Assembly: GCF_964204645.1 (NCBI RefSeq) | Contig: NC_134025.1 | Location: 5,528,871 to 5,592,870 of the forward strand | Source of the DNA: Tubulanus polymorphus | Lineage: Eukaryota > Animalia > Nemertea | Reading direction: 5' to 3' | Length of the DNA: 64,000 nucleotides | Part shown: piece after piece, positions 1 to 37,300 of the stretch | Layout of the letters: every line of letters starts with the position of its first letter | Numbering within the stretch: the first letter of the stretch is position 1 | Notes under the pieces: generated by a model | What the model was told of the DNA's origin: nothing | Databases searched by the model: none | Seen by the model: only the letters and a program-made list of their open reading frames with translations | Position numbers and translations under genes: made by a program

Positions 1-264
1 ACTTATTTTGTAGGTTTTTTGTGACACCCTGTTACATATTTCATTTTCTCTCAAGATATATAAAAACGAGTTGAAAATCAAAGCAAATGAATGTATAGAT
101 TTTTTTCAGATGGATTTAGTTCGCACGGACGGAAATAGAGTCTTCTCGGGAGTTATTTTGGTGCTAGATATATTTTTAGTTCGCGTAACAGAATTGAACG
201 AGTAGAAAAATTACACACATATAAAGAAATAGTGCGATACGATTCTTTTGTTTTAAGTTTATGT

Positions 265-295
265 GGAGGGACTATTAACTGGGAGGGACTATTAA

Positions 296-297
<2 letters not shown>
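265..297. repeat. Direct tandem repeat 2 x ggagggactattaact overlapping the dynein stop codon / start of 3'UTR
   Basis: gtggagggactattaactgggagggactattaactag read directly at 261-299. Confidence 0.8.
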
Positions 298-25020
<24,723 letters not shown>

Positions 25021-26399
25021 CTGAAATCATAAGAGGGTGAAAAATTAACCACTCATTCATGGAAGGTGCATGCCGAGGCCAGGCAGAGGGGGTCCAGGGG
25101 CAGGGCAGCCAGCAGGTATACTTTCATCTTAATACTTCCAATTTTCACTATAGGCCTGTTCTTCGTTGTTGCTGTTGGTGATTATCAGATGGGCTTACCA
25201 CTCTAAAGCCAGCGCCCAGGGCCTAGATTAGAATATGGATTGTTTGTGAAAATATCTGATTGTGAAACAAAACCACAGACAGGTCAAGAGCCTAGGTCAT
25301 CAGGTCAAGGAGGAGAGATGATATTGCCATTTTTGAGGAGGGTCTGAGGGCTAAATCGCCTGCTAAGCCTAAAAATGAAAAATTGCTAAAAATATTATTA
25401 TTTTCAATTGACTATTAACTTAGGCCTACCTGAACATCAGCCATTTCTAGGTTTTTACAGCACGTCCTCGGCTAGTTCACTATATGAACATAACAATCCA
25501 CACTTAAATTATACTCCTCACACTTGAATCTGAATCAAAATCCTCATTTATTTGAGGAAAAATGTCGTTTCCGTATGAAAGTTATGAAATGGCCTCTGTA
25601 TACAGTCGCTTAGCAACGTCGCTAGATGGCGCAGTGGTTCGTTACAGCGATTGCACAACGATTTTATCATTCATTTGTTCGACGGCGATGTAATGAATAA
25701 TTGCAATAATTACTCTTCTCTACTCGCGTACCAGGTCTGCCTTCTTATGTATTTTTCCGGGTAGGAAAAGGAATTACGCGTGCATTTACGAGTTTCGAGT
25801 TTAATAGCTCCATACTTTACAAACAGTATTTGCCACAGATGATTTGTCATGCAACACTTTTTATCAGGTGTCCAAGGCTTAGTCAGTAATGAAATTGTTA
25901 AAACAGGTTAGATAGACTTCTGTCATCTGAATTTGGTGGCTTCCTGGCCAAATAATGGCCTAAGCCAAAAAGAAAATCGTACTAAAACCGATATGTTTTC
26001 TATCAAAGAATAGCGAAAATTAAATAGAACGTAATTCATGTTTTAAATGTTACAATAGTTTATTTTCATGATTAAACAAACATTAGCAATAATAATAATC
26101 TTTTATCACATTTCAAATAAACACTTTATAAAGTAAAAAGTAAAATTTCAGCAAACAGTAGACATATACGAGTAAATACATAGCAATCCTTTTTAAATTT
26201 TCAATAATATTTCATGAAGATAGACATCCAATAGCACCGTAAGCAGAATGTATGTTATAGTACTGTCTACAATCAGATATATTTACAAACTACATTTAAA
26301 TCACTAAAAATTCTGTTAGCTTCAAATTAGACCATATTTGAAAATTATTAGTTACAAATAAAGACACATGCAAAGTATCTTATGTAGCATGTCCCCTGA

Positions 26400-26650
26400 T
26401 CAATCCGACATGTAAGTGCGCTTGTCCAACAGTTTCCTTATTGCAGAGTCCCAGTTATTTCCTAGTTCAAGAGTCGAATAAAGAATTGGGTATTTGTTGT
26501 CGATATCATGACAGAACTCGAGACTGTCCAGCATTTTTGGAAAGAGTTCTACTTTCACATTTTGCCATTCAGAAGTTCCTGCATCCATCATGTTTTGTAT
26601 CAAATAGCTTTGAATTGTGGATGGATTCAGTGATTGCTCAAGTATTCTAT
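26400..26650 (-). CDS. PARP4: PARP4 last coding exon, C-terminal domain (5' bound approximate), stop at 26400-26402
   Basis: ...TSEWQNVKVELFPKMLDSLEFCHDIDNKYPILYSTLELGNNWDSAIRKLLDKRTYMSD* resembles the human C-terminus ASEWVRRTEGQYPSICPRLELGNDWDSATKQLL. Confidence 0.8.
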
Positions 26651-28329
26651 GTTCGAAATAAAGCATTATCACGACAAGAATAATCAATGTGTTGAACAAC
26701 AAAAATCCATCATTCATTGCTTTCGCACCTATTCAAACAAAAAGATTGAGTAAAATTAGTTCTATGGAATAAAATTGTTGTACAATTTAATTTAACCCTT
26801 TCACTGCTGACTGATCAATACCCTATAGCGCTGGACATAATTTGAAAATTTTGAAAAATTCTGCGCTAGTGTTGAATTACGGGAATACCACGGTGCGTCT
26901 ACACCGCGTCACAGTGTATTGTTATAGTTACTAATATTTCACTATGTTTGACAGGTGCTGCCATCTTTCAATAGAGATAAAAACTAATTACTAATTACAT
27001 CAATACATCGCAGTGCGGTGTACTAGCAAAATCCATCACGGATTCATACACCGCACTGCAGTGTAGACGCACTGAAAGGGTTAATTGCAGAGTCATCAAT
27101 AACAGCACACAGGGCCAAACAAACGGGACACCACTTACCCAAAGATTTTAACCCAGCATTAATGAGCAACATTCTAAGCTCTTTTTCAGGAATAGCGAGA
27201 ATTTCTTGCACCTTCTCACTGAAATCCCAAAAATGTTTCTGCAATGAGAGAAGTTAACAATTACTGTCATGTCCGTTGTAAAAAATAGAAATAATGTTTT
27301 TGTGCAATTTCACATCTAGGAGCCTAACTCATTCATTTACCTGATTATCTTGTAACTGGAAAACATTCTTCAGATCATCTGGAGTAAGTCTTCTTGATGG
27401 CTTGATGATAAACCATTCATCTGAAAAATAAATTTAGTACATGTATATAACTACAAGATCATGCATATACATCAACTATCAAACTGACGTTTTTAAACTT
27501 GACTTTCAGATAATAACAACAAACTAAGATTCACCTTCCATCTGTAGAAATGGTTCCAAAAGGTAACAGTTATCACTTTGTTCTTTCTCATCATCCTAAA
27601 AAGTAATTTCAGACACAGATTTACTCTAGAACCGGTACATGATTCTTCAGTTTTTAAAGTACATAATGCAGCACATTAAAAGTACTGGAAGACAACATAA
27701 ATTTACTTTCCAACTGTTATTGTTACCTACATGCACATCCTAAGAAAACGTGAATATAAGTTACTGGAATAGGAACCTAACCTAGTTATGTGATAGATAA
27801 ATCTAATTTTCTATTGAATTGAGCGATGAATTTACAAAAGCAGTGAACAGCTGATAAATGCAAGCCAACAACAGACTTACTGAATAAATATCAAGTGAAC
27901 ATGGCACCAAATGGCAACTGTAATCACTAAGTTCTTTCATATCATCCTAAAGAGTAACATCACATACAAGTCTACCCTAGGATCAGTACATGATTCTTCA
28001 GCTTTGAAAGTACATAATTCAGCACATCAAAAGTACTGGAAGACAACATGAATTTACTTTCCAACAGTTATTGTTACCTACATGCACATCCTAGGAAAAG
28101 GTGACTAATAAGTTACTGGAATGGGAACCTTACCTAGTTACCGGTACATGATAATTAAATCTAGTTTTCTATTAAATTGCGCAATGAATCTAGAGAAGCA
28201 GTGAACACCTGGTAAGTGCAAGCATGGACTCTGGTCCATGGTGCAAGCCACAGAGGCTCGTATTTGAAGTTTGGGGGTGAACTGTTGCTTAGATCGTCCA
28301 ATATCCAAACTACTATATATATAAGAAGA

Positions 28330-28379
<50 letters not shown>

Positions 28380-31300
28380 CATGGATATTGGATGATCTTA
28401 GCAACAGTTCACCCCCAAACTTCAAATACGAGCCCCTGTGGTGCAAGCCAACAACAGACTTACTGAATAAATATCATCTGAATCAATGTAACTTCGAAGT
28501 GAACGATCAGGCAACACTTTTATCATGGGAGGTAAAATTTTCTGACTACTGGTATTGGTCGATTTTGAAATCTCCCGTTCGACACAATGACCATCAATTA
28601 TATCTCTAAAATTGCGTGGAGGAAAAACCTTTTTCATAGGAAGCTCAGCTTTCCTCCAAGATATAACAGGCTCGGGTATAGTCAAATCTGTAAAAAAAAC
28701 AAAAGCCAAAAATATTTTGTTGACTTACATACCTCTTCAAATTTCGTTAAGTCCTGTAGGTACGTAGGCTTTCTGGCTGAGAACAGAAAAGATTGTCGAG
28801 TCAGTAAAACATGTACCATTGGTCTTATGGTAAGTGAATTTGAACAATACACACACATGTTAATAATACATATTACAAAATTATTTTACTGTTTTGTTAC
28901 CATTTTCATTGTCATCTGATTTTGTTTTCATACATGCATCTTCATCGCTGTCAGGAACTGGCAATTTATTCTGATCTCCAGCATAAGTATAGGTAGTCGG
29001 ACTGCCGCCAAAGGAAAAAGCATCTACTTGATCAGTCACTGTTCTTGGTAATGAAATCATATCCAGAGACTGTTCTTTGAATCTAATTCTCGGCATAGCT
29101 CTGATCATTTTCTTTTTTTCAAATACTCCTGAATCCCTTCCAAAACCACGGTGGCCAGATGTCAGTCCATCATGTTCTACTGGAGAGAGGGCACTGCTAG
29201 AACCAAACCCAGCTGTTGCAGGTGTAGAACTACCTAACGTTGTGGCTTTTTCCAGAAGTGATGAACCAAAACTAACACTATCAGTACATGCATCTGGTCT
29301 TGCAGTGGAGTGTGTACCCCTAATCGATGATCTTATCTTCAATTTTCTAGCACTTTGACCATCTATCGATATTTTTTTCTTAGTAGCTGCTGTTGCTGCG
29401 TAAGTAGTTTCTGTTAATAATGCTTCAGCTCCACTACCAAAAGTTGTGGCTTTATCCAGACGCGATGAACCAAAACTAACACTATCAGTACATGCATCTT
29501 GTGTGACAATGGTGCGACGTAACCTACTCGCTGATCTTCTAAATTTTTCAATGTGTTCATCCAATAATGCGCCGTCTCTAGCACTTTGACCATCTAACGA
29601 TATTTTTTTTTTAGTAGCTGCTGTTGCTGCTGAACTAGTTTCTGCTAATTCATCAGCTCCAAGCAGTGATGCCGCTCTTAGATCCTTTTGAATGGAAGGC
29701 GGGGGAGGTCCTGGTGCAGAAAACCCTCGAGAAACAATCGATGCTTGATCAGTAGATTTTCGCATGAAGGTAGATTTAGATTTAGAAGTAGATTTTCGCA
29801 TGGCCAGAGGAGGTGGTGGGGCAGAAAACATTTGTGGTGCCAAACATGCTTGAACATTAGACTTTAGAATGGTTCCCGGGTGAGTTCCTAAATTTCCAGA
29901 GAGTAGTTTGGGAATTGGTGGGGCTGAGCTCATTGAAGCTTTCAAAGCTAACTTTGGAAGGAGAGGTGGAGGGAGAGATTGTGTCAGAGGTGGTGGAGGA
30001 GGTGGTGGTGGGAGAGTAGGTGGCGGAGGTGGTGGTGGGAGTGTACATGGCAGAGGTGGTGGTGGGGGAGGTGTTGGTCTAGAAAACAAGTTTGATACTT
30101 GATAAGTCGACTTTTGAATGCGTGTTTGGGGAGTTGGAGGAGCAGATATCTTTGAAGCTTTTAAAGTCAATTCTGGCATAGGTGGTGGGACAGGTGGTGA
30201 GGGATATGGTGGGGCAATCATTGAAGCTTTTGGAGTAGACTTTGGCATGTGTGGTGGGACAGGTGGTGGGGAAATCATTGAAGTTTTTGAAAATTTCGTC
30301 AGGGGTGGTCCAGGTGGTGGGGGAGTGGATAAAGCAGAAAATTCTGAAAATGTTTGAAACGCAGACTTTTGAATAGAAGGTGGAGTAAACTTTGAAGAAA
30401 AAAGCGGAAATCCCTTTTTAGCAGAAGCATATATACGCTTGGAAGCCTGAAGGGTATTTGAGGCTAATCTTAATTTTGATAATTGTTGTGAATCTAATTG
30501 TTCGGCTTTTTCATCAGCAATTAGGCCATAAGCATTGTCTGATCGTTGCCTCTGAGCAGAGGGAAGCTGAGAAAACTCTCTAGACCGTCGGGATATACCA
30601 ATAGACATTCCTGGTAGATGATGAGACTTTTCTGATGTTTGCTGCAGGTGCAGTGGGGCTTCCGCTTCTGAAAGTATATTCATAATGAATCTATCTTGAT
30701 AACTACTGTTATAATGTACCTGTATTTGAAATATTGCACAGTATTATTCTGAATGCATGGAATGAAGTGGCCATTAATGAAAAAGCAGAGCTCAAAATCA
30801 CTCATAATCATAAAACATACCAGTTGAAGATACCGCATAATCACATTGTTCTTCTGTTTCCAGTAGGGAACTAACCATCTTATCATCAGGGATTGAATAG
30901 TAACCGCTGTAGAAATCATCGCTAATAGCCTCTGAAATGAAACAGTCACAGCTGCTTATCATGCGCAGTAAAGGTGTAGTACGAGATGGAAACTGAAAGA
31001 GACTACTCACCGATGCAGAACATTTCAGAATCATCATAAACATCTTCAGAAGTTGATAAATATGATTCTGGCGGTGTCTTTATGGGAGCATCGCTCTCTT
31101 GCCAACCGATGTAGGGAAGAAAGTCAACAGTCTCCTCTTGTATAAGTTCATCAAACTGGGGTGAACTCAGTTTCTCATCCTTAAACAAATATGTGGAATG
31201 TTGAAATCCTAAAATTCATTTTGCTTCAATAATCATAAGCGCACAACAATTTGACTCGCTGAGAAAAATATTTTATTAGTGCTAGTAATGTAGGGGTAAA

Positions 31301-34300
31301 AGGTCTGCGCATGTAGATATTGATTACCGGTACCTTTTCTCGTTTCTCAATAGCCACGAAGCTAGTCAAAGCTGTCACTATTGAATACTTTTTACTCAAA
31401 TTGATTATGTAGTTCTTCCTTTTACGGACTGTAAATTCATGTTGTACACGATCTTTGTTTAACATTCCAACTTCCCAATCTTTGATAACTGAACGAGCGG
31501 TTAATCGATGAACAATCTGTGAATACAAATGAAAATGATAAAATTACAAAAATTCAAATGTGTACCTTTGTCTCATCAAATAATTTGCCCTGGTCCGCTG
31601 TAAGCAAGACCTTAAGTAAGATTGAAGAATTTATGATTAAAAAACCGAAACAAAACTGAGACGATATATGGCTTGACTGGACAAAACATAATATGAAATT
31701 GATGACTAACCTGACCATTAGTTCTGCTTAGTTCTGATGTCGACACAATTGTTTCCAATTCTCGATCACCAAATTTAGCTTTCAGTATGGCCTGAATGGG
31801 TTAAATAGTAAGTTCATAGTATCCATGCAAGGGACAACATATAAAAAGCACGACTTAAACAGAAGTGTTTTGTTATGATTCCTATGAAATATTATAAAAG
31901 TACCTGGTAACAATTTGATATGAATCCATAAACAACAAGACGCCTTCCATTAAACAATGAAGTAATTTGTTGTGGAGCTTGAATTACTACATTGTCATCA
32001 GCTCCCCATTCAATGGAAACTGAAGTAAGTGCTGGTTCATGTGTCATTTGCCACAAATCCTCTATCTGCGAGTGAAGTTATAAACAAATGATGAATACAA
32101 AGAGGCAAAAGAAAAGAGAGACAATAAGATGATAAATAAATAAAAGAGATAATAAACTAACCTTCTCGGTCCAAGTAGATTTTCTTTTTTCATCAAGAAA
32201 TATATATGCACCTCGGCCTGCACTTGCAAGCACTTTCAGATTATGTTGATTCGCCGTAGCACTGAAGCCGATTGTGAAAAGACGACTTTTTTCATTGCTT
32301 TCTTTCAATAACGACATCACCGAATTCATATTATCAACATGACCATCCGAAAGAAGAATAATGTTATGTACACGTTTTTTTCCACTGATCATAAGGTATG
32401 AGTTTAGTGGCTTATACAACTCAGTATTCCCACCATCAGCCTAAAATGTAACAACGGATTGAATCGATATCTATTGTTTTTAGTATGGAAAAACAATTAC
32501 TAGTAACATGTCTCTTAGGTTAACAAGAACCTGTAATTATGTATGATGTACCTTAGGAACAAATCTTCTGATATCTTCAAGAGTTATTTCATCATCCAAT
32601 GGATACCCCCAATATTCTGAATATCCTGTTCAATCAAAATCGAGAATGAAATTAAATACTTCTGAGCTGGTAGATCTTTCATTCATTAGTCAAATTTCTG
32701 CACTATATACTATCATACCTGTTCCAAACTTAGCCACATTGAAAGGTAAATTTTCTTCGTTTAAAAGTTCGGTCAGATAATTTGTCACTTGCCGTGCATG
32801 CTCTAATGATTTTCCAGCCATTGAATTTGAACAATCTATCAGCAAAGTGTAACTCATTGTTTTAAAGTCGACGTTCATTTCAAATTCAGGGTAAAACGTC
32901 AACATGGCTGCCTAAAAAGATTTATATTTTCGAGTCAAACAATTTTCAAGCGCTTATTATCGAGAAAATATTTTTCCTTATCTTCACTAACTAACCTCAC
33001 TATCCGGATAATCAGGTAAACTTTCAATCCACATTCTGGGGACATGTATCTCGGCTAGTGAAATGACTAATTCAAATGAATCATCATTGCATAATCGTTC
33101 ATTTTTTCCAAGTTGAACAACGGCTTTTGTGTCGGTTTTCTGAAGTTGAAAAAATAGAGTGTTTTTGTATTTATATCAATATTTGAATCAATCTCAATCA
33201 ATCATTGTTTTCACCCAGTATTATGCTATGTTATGGATAATTGTGAACTTCGAACATACCTTAGTCAGGGTTCTGAAGTTTGGACAAGTAATCTTTTTGA
33301 TAAGGAAAGGCATCTCAATGGATACATGCAATGAGAAATCACTAACTTCACCATCAGCTTTGAGCATATCATGACATATCTGTATTAATAGTAAATGAAT
33401 ACTCTTAAATAAGTCAATCATTCAGTTGTATTGGAGACTAAAAAGATTTGGAAAAATTATACGTACTTGTGTTGTAATGTCAAGATTCTTATCTTTCATC
33501 CATGGAGCAACAGCAGATCCAGCAATCTTGAATATCATGTCGTCTTGTAGGACTTGTAATTCAGTAACGTAAGTTATTTTGATGAGAACAGTGGCTTTTG
33601 GTGGTAAATTACCAACACTAACAGTAAATATATTCTGTGAAATAAGAAAGTAATATATTACTACCATATGAAAATTTGCCAAAATTTCAGAACAGCATCA
33701 ACAGAAAAGATTAGGCGAAATAAACTATTTACTGGCATCTCTTCATCCTGATCCATCAGATAGGCACCATGTCCAGCCTCAACTGCTTCTTTATATTCTT
33801 TGCGAGCTGTCTCTTTCTCTTTCACTTCACCGATGATATGTTTACCATTTATGAATGCTTCAAAACCACACACAGCAGCATTTTCATCCAACGGAAAAAC
33901 ATACTTTGCTTCTATAGGCGCATTATTTTCATTCGTGTATGACTGCAATACAACTACCTACAAAATGAAAAACATGTATAAATGATCTTCAGATTGTAGT
34001 TGATGCGACACAAAATTGTTCTTGTTGCATGTTTGACAGATAGTCTCTAATTTTTATAGGGCACACACCTCCGCAGCCAGATCAACGATCTTTCCACGAA
34101 TATGTATTGACTTCAGCGGTACTGGCGTATCGTTATCCGATACCAAACCAACTTTTACATTTTCCAATGGATCAGCAGCATTTTCAAAATCTGAAGCACG
34201 GAAAGAATGACAAAAATGGCAACTTATCTTCTGAACCTTCTGAATAAAACAAAACTTAAATTTTAAGATTTACATCGGTTATCCACATTGTCAGCGATAT

Positions 34301-37300
34301 CTTGTTCTTCGTCTAGATCAATTTGAGTATCATGTAATAAGTCCTGTTTTTCATTCTTATCAAAAATTTCTATGATATATCGCAATCTCTGCTGTTTCGC
34401 ATCATATATCACATACTGATCATCCTAAATTACAGAAGAAATGAACAATCATTTATTGTTCAATTGAGAATAAACTAAGTATAGATTAACTGTTTCTTAT
34501 GGTACCTCAAAATCGCTAGTGTTTCCCTTGTGCGTGCCAACGCCTTGAGTGCTATTGAATCCAGGGGGAGCTGATTTCAGATCAGGGGCATTGTTGTAAT
34601 AATCTTTTATTTTTCCCAAAGCAACCTCACAAACAGCAATTAATTGATGCCGACTACCATTGCCTGGATGAGTATATTTCAAGCTTGTACTAGAAAAACA
34701 AAACCACATTAAACAATGTATTGCAGTTTCTGGTTAGTATATTTCAGATTTCACTGATCATACCTTATCGAATCAGCAAAGTATATTCCATGTCCTAGTT
34801 GTCCATTGTACATTTCAGTTGGGATGTAAGCTTTTGGTAATAGAAGACCTCTACAATTTGAAGGTTTTCAGATATTCCAAAAATTGGGACTAATAGAGAA
34901 TGCCACACTAATATAACGAGAAAGATGATGTCCGAAAAGTTTCCTTTTAAGTAACTGGTAATTCATTGTTTTGACTACAACTTAATAGTCATCTTCCCGA
35001 GATCACTATTTGCAATTTATGAACATATGCTTAACTTACCGTGATAAAATACCCAAGAAGTTGTTTGTAGGAGAGCCATGAAACATGAGTCTTTGATTAG
35101 ATATGTGCTTGGTGAATTCATTGGATTCTATTGATCGATGAACTTTGTAGATATGAAACTCCATTTTACTTTTGACCTTCCTGAAGTACCAGTAAATACA
35201 TAATTTGTTGTATTCATACAGTTAAAAATATCTTTGAAAAAGCGCACAAACATAAGCCATACTGTGAAAGAGATTTCATGATCATATTGTTTATATTCTT
35301 GAAATCTGAATGATCTGGTTGAACCAATTCTAAGTCACATCTTAAAGCCTTATACTGAGCTACAGCACTGGGTTGTTTTTTCCAGCCAGTTGTCTCTGAC
35401 ACCGCAGAGATATCCCGAATTAGCTGCAACAAACCATCATAAGAAATTTTAGTCAATGCAACACAAAGTTTGATAGGGCTTGTGAGCATTGAATAGATCT
35501 AAATTTTTTTAAGGTTTATCATTAAATTATAAGTGGTGATTTGTACCGATACCTGACATAAATCTTGCTTTTGAGCGACATCTCTGTTCGACTTTATTTC
35601 CTCTTTATCACTACTCCCATGATGAGGTATGATATCATAGAATTCATTAGAGAGCAGCCGTAGTTTTTCAACGGGAATCGGGTTGATTGAAAGGACTTTC
35701 TGTATTTCGTACAACACTGATTCAGCCTTCTCAACCTAAAATGCAGAAATATCCTATGTGTGTAAATTCATAATTCAACCAACTTCCACCTATTCACTTC
35801 ATTGCGCAATATCTGTTTTTGATACCTTGTCATTTCCAATCTGTTTTATCCATTCAACACCACCCTCAACATCTCCGATAGAATCATTCCAAATGTTTTT
35901 CACAAATTTTCTAATAGCAGGTGAGATGGATTGGCTTAAGAAATGGTTTTCTTTGAAGAACTGAAAAGAAGATTCATTGAAAAAAAAAGTTATGAATAAT
36001 CAAGAATTTAACTTTCGTTTCAACTTGTGGTGCTGAACATTATTTACAAACCTTCCTTAAAAGTGGCGATCCCATCCCTGGTAATGGTTGAATGTTTTGA
36101 GACATATCGGAATTATCAATATAAGTGTCAGTGAATAATTTAGCATAAAAATCAAGAGCTTCATCTGCATTTTTTGGAAAGGCACACGCTCGTAACACTT
36201 GGTCCTGGACAGAAAGCACATTGATACAGTCAGATTACAAGTCCACAAGTCCACAAACAGCATGACTTCTACAATACTTCAAGAAATGTACGGTCATTGG
36301 TATACTTACATCTTCTTTCCCTTCCATATAAAGTCTGTAGCGGATGACATCCTTTTCTTCATTAGCCATATGCAACTCATAGATTACATAATCAGGTATG
36401 TCCTAGATTTTTTAACAGATGTTCTAAAATCGCTACTCGAAGATGTTATCACATTATGATTATAGGTTTGGTGGAAGTGGTTAGGGGAAAAATTGGTGAT
36501 AAAAACTCAGAAAACCACTTCATTATCCCTTTAAATGCTTGGACCAACATAGGCCTAACTTGGTATTATTCTTTACCTTTGGATTGATAGCATCCTCTTT
36601 TGAAAGAAGTTTTTGTGCAGTTTCAACCTAAGATAAAACATTTCATATATAAATAGGTCATGAAGATTATCTACATATTTGATAAGATAAATAAAAGGTG
36701 TAGGTGTACCTCAAAATATCTCAAATGTGCTCTAGCAATGCTGTACATGTCAGGCCAATGTGGTATGTTCTTATCAACTCCGATTTCCCATAGCTGAGCA
36801 TCATCTATTTCAATACTCTTTTCATTATGCGTATCTACAAGTGGTTAAGTAGTTCAAGAACAACTTCGAAGCAACTCAACTTATAATATGGATTTTCATT
36901 TTGGCACTCACCATCAATGCATGTTATTAAACCTTTTTTAAATTCATGCGATTCCTCGCATTTCTTTGGTTGTGCAACCAAATATTGATTGGAATCCACT
37001 ATTCTACCATTTTTAATGCAAGCATCAATGAATTGCTCTGTAACTATTGGTATTCCGAGTTTTAGCGCAGCCCGGCATTTGTATGTGGTATCTAGATCAT
37101 CAATACCAACTGCAAGCAAGTAGTCGCTCTGACAAATAGAAACAAAATTAATCATTATTCGGATTTGACATTTTCTAGAATAGGCCTGTTATAGTCTAAT
37201 AATAGCCTTAGCCGTTGTTTCAGGCAGGGTGACCCGTAGTCAGTAACCGTCTGCGGTTTAGTTTCACGATCGGATATTTTCACAAACCACAGAATATTTT

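Noticed and set aside
25600-25680. D-loop-like gcgcagtggttcg string, which could suggest a tRNA
   Set aside because: No T-arm or anticodon arm can be formed; no cloverleaf.
28314-28375. Regular TA repeats, tandem repeats and palindromes could be mistaken for CRISPR-like arrays
   Set aside because: Dinucleotide microsatellite and intronic tandem duplication in a spliced eukaryotic gene. No repeat-spacer architecture and no cas genes. The locus is eukaryotic.
29908-30357. Plus-strand Gly-rich ORFs (GGGGGGR..., 29908-30102 and 30118-30357)
   Set aside because: Antisense shadow of the proline-rich PARP4 exon (GGN is the complement of NCC). No independent support.
28881-30683. 600-aa minus-strand ORF with polyproline runs, which could be read as a stand-alone formin/WASP/extensin-like gene
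   Set aside because: It is flanked in the same orientation by PARP4 exons with compatible GT-AG junctions. The acceptor tatcaag joins upstream ...AVSSTG in phase, and the donor G|GTAACA joins the downstream exon in phase. It occupies the position of the Pro/Ser-rich segment of vertebrate PARP4. Its terminal stop (28881) lies past the donor, in the intron.
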